Positions 37,764 through 47,424 of a DNA stretch of 64,000 bases are shown here, in pieces. The position numbers and the translations under genes were made by a program. Each line of letters starts with the position of its first letter. Within the stretch, counting starts at the first letter, position 1. The notes beneath the pieces were generated by a model. It saw only the letters and a list, made by a program, of their open reading frames with translations. It did not search any database and was not told the DNA's origin. Source of the DNA: a virus; IMG/VR virus record IMGVR_UViG_3300042484_001245, positions 1 through 64,000 of that record. The stretch is one strand, 5' to 3'.

Positions 37764-39662
37764 ATGGCATTTCAAGTATCACCTGGAGTATTAGTTACTG
37801 AGAAAGACCTCACAACTGTAATTCCAGCAGTATCAGTATCTATTGGTGCTTTTGCGGGATTTTTCAAGTGGGGACCCCTCAATGACATTCAACTCGTAAG
37901 CACAGAAGACCAGTTAGCAAAGCGTTTTGGCAAGCCAGATGACGACACTGCAACATCATTCTTCACAGCTGCAAACTTCTTGGCATACGGAATCAGACTT
38001 AAAGTTGTTCGTGTCGCTGATGCTGCTGCAAGAAACGCAGATTCAAACGGCGATGGTGTTCGTATCGAGAACGATGATGACTATGCAACAAAGGCTGGCT
38101 CTCTTACAGCATCTTTCGTTGCTCGTCACCCTGGAGTTCTTGGTAACTCACTTCGTGTTTCTGTTTGTACAAGTGCTGATGCGTTCAAGACAACGCTTTC
38201 TAACACATTCACAGGCACTCGTAGCACTAAGACAATCACTGTATCTGGCGATTTGACAGATCAAATCGTTGTTGGAAGCATTCTTCGTGACAGAGCTACA
38301 GGACAGCAACGTTCTGTTGTAGCAATCAGCGCAGGCTCGACCACGACAACTATCACCGTTGATCGTGCACTCGACAAGAATATCAGTGGACAACTTGAAC
38401 TCAAGTGGGAGTTCGCTGATGTTTGTGGTGTTGCTCCTGCAACATCTCAGTATGCAGAGACGGTTGGTGGATCTAACGATGAATTGCACGTTGTAGTAGT
38501 AGACACTAAGGGATCTTTCAGTGGTGCTGCTGGCACAATTCTCGAAAGATTTGTTTCTGTTTCAAAAGCAAGTGATGCTAAGAAAGAAGACGCATCGACA
38601 AACTACTATGTTGACGTAATCAACAATGCATCTGAATACATTCGTGTTGGATCTCATGTTGCTGAAGCCAGCGAGACATGGGGTACCGAAGCAGCTGATA
38701 CAGATTTCACAGACATCGAAGCTGATATTCAAGCACACAACTTGCCACTTTCTGGTGGTGTAGACGGTGCAGTATCTGCTGGAAGTGATGAGCGTATTGC
38801 TGGTTACGATTTGTTCAAGAACTCTGATGCTGTTGATTTGTCGTTCGTTCTTCTTGGCGAAGCGACACCATCAACTGCTCAGTATGTAATCAACAACATC
38901 TGCGAGACTCGTAAAGATTGTGTTGCGTTCGTATCTCCTGAGTATGCTGACGTTGTTGACAATCGTGGCAACGAGACTGAATCTGTTAAGACATTCAGAG
39001 AAGCACTCAATGTGTCAAGCTCGTATGCTGTTCTCGACAGTGGATGGAAGCGTCAGTACGACAAGTACAATGACAAGATGCGTTGGATTCCACTCAATGG
39101 TGACATAGCTGGTCTCTGCGCACGTACTGATGATATTGCAGATCCTTGGTATTCACCAGCTGGTTACAATCGTGGTGGTATTAAGAACGTTGTTAAACTT
39201 GCTTGGAGTCCAACTAAGTTTGAGCGTGACGAGTTGTATGTAAACGGAATCAATCCAGTAATTACTGCTCCAGGGCAAGGTACTGTACTTTTCGGAGACA
39301 AGACACTTCTTGGACGTCCATCTGCGTTTGATCGTTTGAACGTTCGTCGCTTGTTCATTGTTCTTGAGAAAGCTATTGCTTCGGCTGCTAGATTCACACT
39401 CTTCGAGTTCAACGATACGTTCACTCGTGAGCAATTCAGAAATCTTATTGAGCCATACCTCAGAACAGTTAAAGCTCGTCGTGGTATTTACGACTTCAAG
39501 GTTGTGTGCGATGAGTCGAACAATCCAGCTGAAGTTATTGACCGCAACGACTTCGTTGGGGACATCTACATCAAACCAGCTCGTTCTATTAACACAATTC
39601 AATTGAATTTTGTTGCAGTTCGTACTGGAGTAGAATTCTCAGAAATCGTTGGAAAAGCATAA
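37764..39662 (+). CDS. gp18: tail sheath protein gp18
   Basis: MAFQVSPGV.V.EKDLT; WYSPAGYNRG; FDRLNVRRLF; YIKPARSIN.I.LNFVAVRTGVEF. Confidence 0.97.
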   Translation: MAFQVSPGVLVTEKDLTTVIPAVSVSIGAFAGFFKWGPLNDIQLVSTEDQLAKRFGKPDDDTATSFFTAANFLAYGIRLKVVRVADAAARNADSNGDGVRIENDDDYATKAGSLTASFVARHPGVLGNSLRVSVCTSADAFKTTLSNTFTGTRSTKTITVSGDLTDQIVVGSILRDRATGQQRSVVAISAGSTTTTITVDRALDKNISGQLELKWEFADVCGVAPATSQYAETVGGSNDELHVVVVDTKGSFSGAAGTILERFVSVSKASDAKKEDASTNYYVDVINNASEYIRVGSHVAEASETWGTEAADTDFTDIEADIQAHNLPLSGGVDGAVSAGSDERIAGYDLFKNSDAVDLSFVLLGEATPSTAQYVINNICETRKDCVAFVSPEYADVVDNRGNETESVKTFREALNVSSSYAVLDSGWKRQYDKYNDKMRWIPLNGDIAGLCARTDDIADPWYSPAGYNRGGIKNVVKLAWSPTKFERDELYVNGINPVITAPGQGTVLFGDKTLLGRPSAFDRLNVRRLFIVLEKAIASAARFTLFEFNDTFTREQFRNLIEPYLRTVKARRGIYDFKVVCDESNNPAEVIDRNDFVGDIYIKPARSINTIQLNFVAVRTGVEFSEIVGKA

Positions 39663-39665
39663 ATA
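39658..39665 (+). promoter_or_regulatory. late promoter CATAAATA
   Basis: overlaps the gp18 stop codon, upstream of gp19. Confidence 0.55.
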
Positions 39666-39696
39666 ATTTTTAGCGTATTGTAAGGAGTTATCCACC

Positions 39697-40320
39697 ATGA
39701 CATTCAACATCAACTCGTTCAAATCACAACTTGTGGGCGGAGGTGCTAGACCTTCGCTCTTTGAAGTTACTCTTAACTTCCCATCTACCCTTGCTGCAAT
39801 TGGTGCAGTACCTGGGTCCGGAGTTGGGGCTGTTACTGGTAGCGCATCACAGAAATTAACTTTCATGTGTAAAGCAAGTGCTATTCCAGCAAGCTCTGTT
39901 GCTCCAATCGAAGTTCCATACTTCGGTCGCAAGGTTAAGTTTGCAGGTAACAGAACATTTGCTGAGTGGACAATCACTGTAATCAACGATGAAGACTTCT
40001 TAGTTCGCAAGAGCTTCGAGGCTTGGCTTGCTGGAATCAATGGTCATTCTAGCAACACAAAACTCTTGGGTGATTCTCCAACTACTATTGCTGGACTTGG
40101 TACAGGTTATCAGCAAAGTGGAACAGTAAAACAATATGGTAAAGCTGGTGGTAATCCAATCCGCACCTATGAGTTCGTGAATGTGTTCCCATCTGAGATT
40201 TCTCCGATTGAACTTAACTGGGCATCTGAGAATGAGATCGAAGAGTATACAGTAACTCTTCAATATGACTACTGGGTTGCTGATCCAGTTGTTACTAATG
40301 GAGACTTGATTGACATCTAA
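39697..40320 (+). CDS. gp19: tail tube protein gp19
   Basis: FKS.L.GGGARP.LFEV; GR.VK.AG.RTF.EWT.TV.NDEDF; IEEYTVT.QYDYW. Confidence 0.96.
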   Translation: MTFNINSFKSQLVGGGARPSLFEVTLNFPSTLAAIGAVPGSGVGAVTGSASQKLTFMCKASAIPASSVAPIEVPYFGRKVKFAGNRTFAEWTITVINDEDFLVRKSFEAWLAGINGHSSNTKLLGDSPTTIAGLGTGYQQSGTVKQYGKAGGNPIRTYEFVNVFPSEISPIELNWASENEIEEYTVTLQYDYWVADPVVTNGDLIDI

Positions 40321-40361
40321 TCAAGTTTAGACTTTTTTAGAATGACTAAATATTAGTAACT

Positions 40362-40390
40362 CGCCTTCTTCAGAGAAGGCGTTTTACTTT
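40362..40390 (+). terminator. rho-independent terminator after gp19
   Basis: CGCCTTCT-TCAG-AGAAGGCG then TTTTACTTT; late-promoter-like ACTAAATA at 40345-40352 just upstream. Confidence 0.65.
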
Positions 40391-40403
40391 ATGGGACTTG
40401 AAT

Positions 40404-42026
40404 ATGGCATTTGAACTGTTTGGTTGGCAACTAAAGAAATCAAAAGAAGAACAACAGCAAAAGAAAGCTGAGTCATTTGTACTCCCAGAGAATCAAGATG
40501 GTGCAGTCAATGTTGAAGGTGTTGCTGGTGCGTACGGCGCATACATTGACTTCGATGCGACAGTAAAGAATGAGTTTGAACTCGTTACTCGATATAGAGA
40601 GCTTTCGTTACTTCCAGATGTAGACTTTGCTATTGACGACATCGTGAATGAGATGATTGTTCTTGATGGCACAAACGATGCTGTCAAAATCAATCTTGAA
40701 AAAGTAAAAGTTTCAAAATCAGTTAAGACGAAGATTGAAGAAGAGTTTAGAAACGTTCTCACACTTCTTGACTGGAACAATCAAGCATACGAGATCGTAA
40801 AGAAGTGGTACATCGATGGTCGTTTGTACTATCATGTTGTTCTCGATGAGAAGAATCCAACTAAAGGTATTGCAGAGCTTCGTTATATTGATCCACGACA
40901 GATTAGAAAAGTTCGTGAGATTGATCGTCAAGTAGACAATGACACTGGCATTGAATTAGTAAACGTCAAAGACGAGTATTTCACATACAATGCTCGTGGT
41001 ATGCAGTTCATGTCAAACACTCCGAACTCATACAGTCCAACTGCAACGATTGCAGGAATCAAAATTCATCCAGACTGTATCTGCTACACTCACAGTGGTA
41101 TTGTAGACAAGTATTCAGCATCTATTCTTTCACATCTTCACAAAGCAATTAAACCAATCAATCAGCTGAAAATGATGGAAGATGCTCTTGTCATCTATCG
41201 TATTGCTCGTGCTCCTGAGAGACGTATTTTCTACGTTGACGTTGGTAACTTACCAAAGACAAAAGCAGACGATTACCTTCGCAGTGTAATGAATCGTTAT
41301 CGTAACAAGCTCCAGTACAATATTGAGACTGGTGAAATGAAAGACGATAGACGATTCTTGTCGATGCTTGAAGACTACTGGCTTCCTCGCCGTGAGGGTT
41401 CTCAGGGCACTTCGATTGAAACTCTTCCAGGTGGAGAGAATCTTGGTGAAATGCAAGACGTAGAATACTTTCAGAAAAAAGTTTACAGAGCATTGAACGT
41501 GCCGCTTTCTCGTCTTGATTCTGGTGCGGGGTTTCAACTTGGACGTGCAGCTGAAATATCTCGTGACGAAGTGAAGTTTGCAAAGTTCATTCATCGCATT
41601 CGTTTACGATTCAGTCATTTGTTTGATGAGTTGTTAAAAAAGCAACTCGTTCTCAAGAAAGTTATCAATCCAGACGAGTGGGCTTCTATTCGTGAAGGAA
41701 TTAAGTTTGACTACAATACAGATAACCACTTTGCTGAATTAAAAGAAGCAGAGATCTTCAAGAGCAGACTTGAATTACTTCAACAGATTGATAGTTTTGC
41801 CGGCAAATACTTTTCTCAAGCATGGATTCGTCAAAACGTTCTTCGACAGAGTGAAGAAGATCGTCGTGAAATTGATACACAGATCCAAAATGAGCAACGA
41901 CTTGTTGCTCAACAACAGCAAGCTCAAGCAGATGGTGCACTTGACGATATTTCTACATCAGATACAGGTATCGATGATGTGCTTGAGATATACGATCCTC
42001 TATCAGATTTGGAACTAGACAATTAA
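40404..42026 (+). CDS. gp20: portal vertex protein gp20
   Basis: WYIDGRLYYH; LHKAIKP.NQL.M.EDALVIYRIARAPERRIFYVDVGNLP; EDYWLPRREG. Confidence 0.97.
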   Translation: MAFELFGWQLKKSKEEQQQKKAESFVLPENQDGAVNVEGVAGAYGAYIDFDATVKNEFELVTRYRELSLLPDVDFAIDDIVNEMIVLDGTNDAVKINLEKVKVSKSVKTKIEEEFRNVLTLLDWNNQAYEIVKKWYIDGRLYYHVVLDEKNPTKGIAELRYIDPRQIRKVREIDRQVDNDTGIELVNVKDEYFTYNARGMQFMSNTPNSYSPTATIAGIKIHPDCICYTHSGIVDKYSASILSHLHKAIKPINQLKMMEDALVIYRIARAPERRIFYVDVGNLPKTKADDYLRSVMNRYRNKLQYNIETGEMKDDRRFLSMLEDYWLPRREGSQGTSIETLPGGENLGEMQDVEYFQKKVYRALNVPLSRLDSGAGFQLGRAAEISRDEVKFAKFIHRIRLRFSHLFDELLKKQLVLKKVINPDEWASIREGIKFDYNTDNHFAELKEAEIFKSRLELLQQIDSFAGKYFSQAWIRQNVLRQSEEDRREIDTQIQNEQRLVAQQQQAQADGALDDISTSDTGIDDVLEIYDPLSDLELDN

Positions 42027-42029
42027 AAC

Positions 42030-42037
42030 ACTAAATA
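42030..42037 (+). promoter_or_regulatory. late promoter ACTAAATA
   Basis: variant late box before the small core gene. Confidence 0.5.
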
Positions 42038-42055
42038 TCACTACAGGAGAATACT

Positions 42056-42235
42056 ATGACAGCTAAGAATGAAAAGTCACTCATCAGAAAGGCACTTGAG
42101 TCTATTTCTAATGGAAACGCCACGGCGTTGAAAAAGAACATTAAAGAGGCACTTCTTTCCAAAGTTCGTAGAGCACTCAACGAAAAAGAGAAAGATCTTG
42201 CTAAGACAATTATCAACGACACAACAAAAAAGTAA
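42056..42235 (+). CDS. small prohead core protein (gp67/68-position), 59 aa, absent from the ORF track
   Basis: AGGAG RBS; MTAKNEKSLIRKALESISNGNATALKKNIKEALLSKVRRALNEKEKDLAKTIINDTTKK between gp20 and gp21. Confidence 0.75.
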   Translation: MTAKNEKSLIRKALESISNGNATALKKNIKEALLSKVRRALNEKEKDLAKTIINDTTKK

Positions 42236-42239
42236 GCAC

Positions 42240-42899
42240 ATGAAACTTATTTGCGAAGTTACAGAAGAAATCAAAGTAATCAAAGAGGGTGCAGAAACAG
42301 ACCCTAAAAGCTATTACATTGAAGGTGTCTTCATGCAAGCGGAGATCAAGAACCGCAACGGACGTATGTACCCTGAAGAAATGCTCAAGAGAGAAATCGA
42401 GCGTTACAATGTTGAATACGTTCAAAAGAAACGTGCGTTTGGTGAGTTAGGACATCCAGATGGACCTACAATCAATCTTGATCGTGTATCACACATGATC
42501 ACTGAGCTTCGTCATGAGGGTGCAGACTTCATAGGCAAGGCTAAGATTCTCAGTACACCAAATGGAAATATTGTTAAAGCACTTATTGATGAAGGTGCAC
42601 GCCTTGGCGTGTCTTCTCGCGGAATGGGCTCAATCAAAACTGAAGGGCGCGATGTGCAGATCGTACAAGATGATTTTTATCTTGCAACAGCAGCCGATAT
42701 TGTGGCAGACCCTAGTGCGCCTGATGCGTTTGTTAATGGGATAATGGAAGGTAAAGAGTGGGTATGGCAGAACGGCATACTCTGTGAGCGTGATATTCAC
42801 GATATGAAGAAGCGCATTCAAAAAGCTCCAGCTAAGAAGATCAAAGAAGTAAGTGTGCAAGCATTTGAGAGCTTCATCAGGAAACTCGAAAAAAAGTAA
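42240..42899 (+). CDS. gp21: prohead protease gp21
   Basis: MKLI.E; YIEGVFMQAE.KNRNGR.YP; GELGHP; GVSSRG.GS; ADIVADPSAPDAFV. Confidence 0.96.
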   Translation: MKLICEVTEEIKVIKEGAETDPKSYYIEGVFMQAEIKNRNGRMYPEEMLKREIERYNVEYVQKKRAFGELGHPDGPTINLDRVSHMITELRHEGADFIGKAKILSTPNGNIVKALIDEGARLGVSSRGMGSIKTEGRDVQIVQDDFYLATAADIVADPSAPDAFVNGIMEGKEWVWQNGILCERDIHDMKKRIQKAPAKKIKEVSVQAFESFIRKLEKK

Positions 42900-42928
42900 G
42901 CATACATACTTTGTGATGGTGAATTGAG

Positions 42929-43339
42929 ATGGCAAACTTCTTATACGATAGTGCACGAGAAAAGTTTTTGAGCGGCGAATTGTCGTGGTTGAATGACGAC
43001 ATTCGTGTTGCCATACTCGTCAATAACGTATATTCTGGAAATGATTTTTCTCGTGAAAACCACATTACACTTTCAGATATTCCATCAACTGCAATCTACA
43101 AAACATCAACTCCATTAACACACAAAGAAGCAACAAAGGGTATTGCAAACGCAGCGCCCGTTGTGTTTCGAGCTGTGCCTTCCGGCGTGACGTTCACATC
43201 AGTTGTGATATACAAGAAAGGTAGTTCAGCTACAAGCTCTCCGTTGATTGCACATATTGATATTCAGCTACAAACTACTGGACTTGATGATGTATCAATT
43301 CAGTGGAACACAACCGACAACAAGATATTCAAGTTATAG
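42929..43339 (+). CDS. hypothetical structural protein (resembles minor tail/fibre proteins of siphoviruses)
   Basis: MANFLY...REKFL.G..SW..D.IR.A.L; VIYK......SPLIA.ID; W...NKIFKL. Confidence 0.7.
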   Translation: MANFLYDSAREKFLSGELSWLNDDIRVAILVNNVYSGNDFSRENHITLSDIPSTAIYKTSTPLTHKEATKGIANAAPVVFRAVPSGVTFTSVVIYKKGSSATSSPLIAHIDIQLQTTGLDDVSIQWNTTDNKIFKL

Positions 43340-43342
43340 TAT

Positions 43343-43723
43343 ATGGCAGGCTTAGGAATTTCATACTACATAACACACATCAAGCAACCTGCTGAGAGAC
43401 TTCCAATCGACATCAGTTTTGGAAAACTTCATGTTCTTCCAAGAGGTGCAAAGGAGATCATATCTGCTGACGTTTCAGCGAAGAGATGGCCTCGAAAATC
43501 ACCAGACGATGTTGAACTTGCTAATGACTTCATAGCATCTAGCAATCCACTAACAGAGGAATCAACACCTTCAGTGACTATCTTGAATCCAAACAAAACA
43601 TCAGTACGTTTTGTGGTTGAAGGTGGTGAAAGTGGATACGATTATGAAGTCACCGTTCTTGTGACGTTTGACAACGGAGCAAAATTGGAAGAAGAAGTGT
43701 TCATAAGAGTGAGAGAAGAATAG
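43343..43723 (+). CDS. hypothetical protein (fibre-tail adaptor-like beta sandwich)
   Basis: KQPAE.LPIDISF...GG..G.DY.VTV.VT...G.KLE.E..I.V.E. Confidence 0.7.
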   Translation: MAGLGISYYITHIKQPAERLPIDISFGKLHVLPRGAKEIISADVSAKRWPRKSPDDVELANDFIASSNPLTEESTPSVTILNPNKTSVRFVVEGGESGYDYEVTVLVTFDNGAKLEEEVFIRVREE

Positions 43724-43726
43724 TTT

Positions 43727-43734
43727 TATAAATA
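43727..43734 (+). promoter_or_regulatory. late promoter TATAAATA
   Basis: exact consensus upstream of gp22. Confidence 0.8.
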
Positions 43735-43775
43735 AAAATGCCGTAGTGCGGAATTTACAATCAGGAGTAATTACA

Positions 43776-44951
43776 ATGGCTATTACATCAAAGTTTTTGA
43801 GAGACATCCGTGAAAGTGCTGAAGCTGATTTGCCTATTCATGCTTCTGATGCATCATCTGACGCTCAGGCTGTAAAGGTTGAAGAGACTGATACAGACCA
43901 CGAGAAGAAGATTGAGGAAGAGGAAGACGAGGAAGAAAAGCACGCCGTTGCCGAAGAGTCTGACGAAGACGAAAAGGCTGTAGCTGAAGAAGCTGACGAG
44001 GACGAACTCTCTGAAGAAGAGGAAGAAGATCACGACAAGAAGGCTGTAGCTGAAGAAGCTGACGAGGACGAACTCTCTGAAGAAGAGGAAGAAGAAAAGC
44101 TCGCAGCTGCACACGAGTCATATGGCGATGAAGAAGAAGTAAAAGAAGAAGATGCTTCTATCGCAAAGGATGATGAAGAGAAACTTTCTGAAGAAGAAGA
44201 TGAAGAAGTAAAAGAAGCGGCTGACGCTCTTACCAAGGATGAAGAACTCCCAGAGTCTTTCAAGTCCAAGGTTTCTTCTATCTTTGAAGCTGCCGTTAAG
44301 CGCACTGCCAAGAAGCGTGTTGCTGCGCACAAGAAGAAGCTCGTAGAGAGCTACAACACCAAACTTGCAACGAGCAAGAAAAAGATTTCGGAAACCCTTG
44401 TCAACAAAGTCGATGGATACCTTGACTATGTTGTAGAAGAGTGGATGAAAGAGAATAGAGTGGCTGTTGAAGGTGCACTTCGCTCTGAGATAACTGAAAA
44501 GTTCATCACTGGATTGAAGAGCCTTTTTGAGAGTCATTATATCGAAGTTCCAGCTGAGAAGGCTAATGTGCTTTCTGAGCAGGAGTCTAAGATTAAGAAA
44601 CTTGAGAAGGAGCTCAACGATGAACTCGTTAAGAGTGTCGAACTCCGTAAGGAGAACATTCGTCTCAAGAAGTCATCTATTATCAAGAAGCTCACTGAAG
44701 GAATGACTGTAACTGAATCAGCAAAGTTTGTTGAACTCTGTGAAGGGGTATCATACGAAAATGCTAATACATTCGGTCAGAAGCTCAAGGCGATTAAGGA
44801 AACTTACTTTCCAAAAACCCCTAAAAGCTCCGGTGACATTGACGCTTCTTTATTGACTGAAGGCGGTTTGACGCACGAAGATGAAAAGCCAAAGACTATT
44901 ACTGCGGCTGACATCTATGCCCAAACCATTTCGCGTATGGTGAAGAAATAG
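43776..44951 (+). CDS. gp22: prohead scaffolding/core protein gp22
   Basis: FK.K...IFEAAV; VDGYLDYVVEEWM.EN..A.E...RSEI.E.F..GLK.LF..HYI.VP; AGGAG RBS. Confidence 0.93.
   Translation: MAITSKFLRDIRESAEADLPIHASDASSDAQAVKVEETDTDHEKKIEEEEDEEEKHAVAEESDEDEKAVAEEADEDELSEEEEEDHDKKAVAEEADEDELSEEEEEEKLAAAHESYGDEEEVKEEDASIAKDDEEKLSEEEDEEVKEAADALTKDEELPESFKSKVSSIFEAAVKRTAKKRVAAHKKKLVESYNTKLATSKKKISETLVNKVDGYLDYVVEEWMKENRVAVEGALRSEITEKFITGLKSLFESHYIEVPAEKANVLSEQESKIKKLEKELNDELVKSVELRKENIRLKKSSIIKKLTEGMTVTESAKFVELCEGVSYENANTFGQKLKAIKETYFPKTPKSSGDIDASLLTEGGLTHEDEKPKTITAADIYAQTISRMVKK
43974..44095 (+). repeat. 56-bp exact direct repeat (period 66 bp) inside gp22
   Basis: 43974-44029 = 44040-44095, encoding KAVAEEADEDELSEEEEE. 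Confidence 0.9.
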
Positions 44952-44955
44952 GAAT

Positions 44956-44963
44956 GATAAATA
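44956..44963 (+). promoter_or_regulatory. late promoter GATAAATA
   Basis: upstream of gp23. Confidence 0.65.
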
Positions 44964-44998
44964 GTTTTTAAGGGATTATATTAAAAGGAGACATTCAA

Positions 44999-46303
44999 AT
45001 GTATCTCACTGAAGAACTTCAAAAGAAATGGGAAAAGGTGCTTAGTCACCCTGATTTGCCTGAAGTGCAAGATGCACACAAGAGAGCGGTTCTTACTGTT
45101 CTTCTTGAGAATCAGGAGCAAGAGGCTCGTAAGGAGCGTGGCATCATTACTGAGTCACTTCCTGCTAACCACGGTGGTCTTGCAACCCAGACAACTACCG
45201 CAAACGGAACAGCTAACGCTAACGTTCAAGCATATGACCCAGTGCTCATTTCGCTCGTTCGTCGTGCTCTTCCAAACCTCATGGCATTCGATGTATGCGG
45301 TGTTCAACCAATGAAAGCTCCAACTGGGCTCATCTTTGCTATGCGTAGCAAGTATGACACACAGGATGGTGCTGAGGCTCTCTACAAGGAAGCTAAGACA
45401 TCTCACTCTGGAACTGGTACGCATGATGCGACTGATCCATTTGCAGCACCTGGTCGTGGTCTCACTTCGACAGCTGGTGAAGCACTCGGAACTTCTGGCG
45501 GAGCAGCGTTCAAGGAAATGGCTTTCTCTATCGACAAGATTTCGGTAGAAGCTAAGACTCGTGCACTCAAGGCTGAGTACACAATGGAACTTGCACAAGA
45601 CCTTCGTGCAGTACATGGTCTTGATGCTGAGACTGAGCTTGCTAACATCCTCTCTGCTGAAATTCTTGCAGAGATCAACCGTGAAGTAATTCGTACTGTG
45701 TACAACGTTGCTAAGGAAGGTGCTCAACACACTGGACTTGCTAACGCTGGAGAGTTCGACCTTGACGTTGATGCAAACGGACGTTGGTCTGTTGAGAAGT
45801 ACAAGGGCTTGATGGTTCAAATCGAGCGTGAAGCAAACACAATCGCTAAGGAAACTCGTCGTGGACGTGGAAACATCCTCATCTGTGACGCTGACACTGC
45901 AAGCGCATTGTCTGTTGCTGGACTTCTTGATTGTAACTCTGCTCTCAAGGATTCTCTCTCAGTTGATGATACTGGAAACACATTCGTTGGAGTTCTCAAC
46001 GGACGTTTCAAAGTATACATCGACCCATTTGCTCCTCTTGGCACTAACTTCTTAGTTGCTGGATTCAAGGGCGCAAATCAATACGATGCTGGATTGTTCT
46101 ACTGCCCATACGTACCACTTCAGATGGTTCGTGCAGTTGACACTGGTTCGTTCCAGCCAAAGATTGGATTCAAGACCCGTTACGGGCTTGTAGCTAATCC
46201 TTTCGCTGCTGCGACTGCTGGCGATAACGCTGCTCTTAGTGGCGCTCTCACAGCTGGAACTAACTCTTACTATCGTAAGGTTAGCATCAAGAACCTTCTC
46301 TAA
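44999..46303 (+). CDS. gp23: major capsid protein gp23
   Basis: YDPVLISLVRR..PNL.AFDVCGVQPM.APTGLIFAMRS; KTRALKAEY..ELAQDL.AVHGLDAE.EL; FQPKIGFKTRYG. Confidence 0.98.
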   Translation: MYLTEELQKKWEKVLSHPDLPEVQDAHKRAVLTVLLENQEQEARKERGIITESLPANHGGLATQTTTANGTANANVQAYDPVLISLVRRALPNLMAFDVCGVQPMKAPTGLIFAMRSKYDTQDGAEALYKEAKTSHSGTGTHDATDPFAAPGRGLTSTAGEALGTSGGAAFKEMAFSIDKISVEAKTRALKAEYTMELAQDLRAVHGLDAETELANILSAEILAEINREVIRTVYNVAKEGAQHTGLANAGEFDLDVDANGRWSVEKYKGLMVQIEREANTIAKETRRGRGNILICDADTASALSVAGLLDCNSALKDSLSVDDTGNTFVGVLNGRFKVYIDPFAPLGTNFLVAGFKGANQYDAGLFYCPYVPLQMVRAVDTGSFQPKIGFKTRYGLVANPFAAATAGDNAALSGALTAGTNSYYRKVSIKNLL

Positions 46304-46331
46304 TTTAATTAGAGTAATATAATCCACGAAG

Positions 46332-46367
46332 AAGGGGGGTTGGAAATACCAACTCCCCTTTTTTATT
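46332..46367 (+). terminator. rho-independent terminator after gp23
   Basis: AAGGGGGGTTGG-AAATA-CCAACTCCCCTT then T-run. Confidence 0.85.
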
Positions 46368-46406
46368 ACCCAAATTCAGTCCAATTTGGATGTGGCAAGT
46401 TTTTTC

Positions 46407-46440
46407 TTGATATCCTCTGTTGTACGCTCTATCATAAATA
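46407..46440 (+). promoter_or_regulatory. overlapping sigma70-like (TTGATA-17-TATCAT) and late (CATAAATA) promoters
   Basis: -35 at 46407-46412, -10 at 46430-46435, late box at 46433-46440. Confidence 0.55.
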
Positions 46441-46469
46441 CTAATGAATCGTTCTAACACTTTCCACAT

Positions 46470-47045
46470 ATGCCAACTTACGAAGTAGTAAACAGAAATT
46501 TTCAGTCTCCGTTGAACTTCGAGTTCCGAGTTGATCGTCTCACCGACTTCAACTACTTTGTACAGAAGATCAATCTTCCTGATCTGAGCATCACACCCGC
46601 ATCTAACGGTGGTACTAACCCTCTCGTTAAGATTCCTATTCCAGGTGACAGTATCGACTTCGGTGAGTTATCAATCGATTTCAAAGTAGACGAAGGCATG
46701 AACAACTGGTATGAGATCTATGCGTGGATGCGTGGTATCTCTTTCCCTGAAGACAATCAACAGTATCGTGATTGGTTAGCAGGACGCACTACTAACTTGA
46801 ATGGTGTTCCACTCTCAAGCACATTGAACATGAATAGTGTTCACGGCACTGGAACATTTCTCATTAACACAAGTCAAAACAATCCTTGTTTGAAAATAAC
46901 GTTTGTTGATATGCATCCAGTGAGCCTCGGTGAGATTGTTTTTGATACACGAGAGACTGACGTTTTGTATGTGACTGCGAGCGTTTCATTTAAGTATAGC
47001 TATTTTCTTGTTGAGAAGATAGTTCAACCAACTACTTCAGTTTAG
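46470..47045 (+). CDS. gp3: tail completion/tube terminator gp3
   Basis: NF.SP..F.F...RL....YF.Q..NLP; PGD...F..L...F.VDE...NW.EI..W; A.V.F.Y. Confidence 0.88.
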   Translation: MPTYEVVNRNFQSPLNFEFRVDRLTDFNYFVQKINLPDLSITPASNGGTNPLVKIPIPGDSIDFGELSIDFKVDEGMNNWYEIYAWMRGISFPEDNQQYRDWLAGRTTNLNGVPLSSTLNMNSVHGTGTFLINTSQNNPCLKITFVDMHPVSLGEIVFDTRETDVLYVTASVSFKYSYFLVEKIVQPTTSV

Positions 47046-47055
47046 GAGTTGTATT

Positions 47056-47424
47056 ATGGCTATTAAAACGAAGAAAAGAACAATACAGAGAAAAACACCA
47101 CGCAGAGTAAAGATCGGATACTTAGACTTTAAGCTAGTACCTCGGTCAAAGAAATGGAGCATTAAACACAAGGCTCTTGGTATGTGTATTCCTGAAGATG
47201 CTCACATTGCATACTACTCTAAGCAAAAAAGATCAGAAATTGTAAACACCATCATTCATGAACTTCTTCATGGTGTTGTGTATATGTTTGACATCAATTT
47301 TAGAAACTTGCGAGAAGAAGAAAAAGTTGTGCGCAAGATGGCAAATGGTCTACATACTATATTCAAAGACAATCCTGAATTTTTAGAGTGGCTAGTTCAA
47401 AACTCAGTCAAAGATGACGAATAA
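47056..47424 (+). CDS. putative Zn metallopeptidase-like protein (HELLH)
   Basis: NTIIHELLHG...EEKVV...ANGL..IFKDNP; AGGAG RBS. Confidence 0.75.
   Translation: MAIKTKKRTIQRKTPRRVKIGYLDFKLVPRSKKWSIKHKALGMCIPEDAHIAYYSKQKRSEIVNTIIHELLHGVVYMFDINFRNLREEEKVVRKMANGLHTIFKDNPEFLEWLVQNSVKDDE

Noticed and set aside
35962-46303. Introns, inteins or homing endonucleases in terminase, portal or capsid genes
   Set aside because: ORFs are continuous and of normal length; no LAGLIDADG, HNH, GIY-YIG or intein motifs seen
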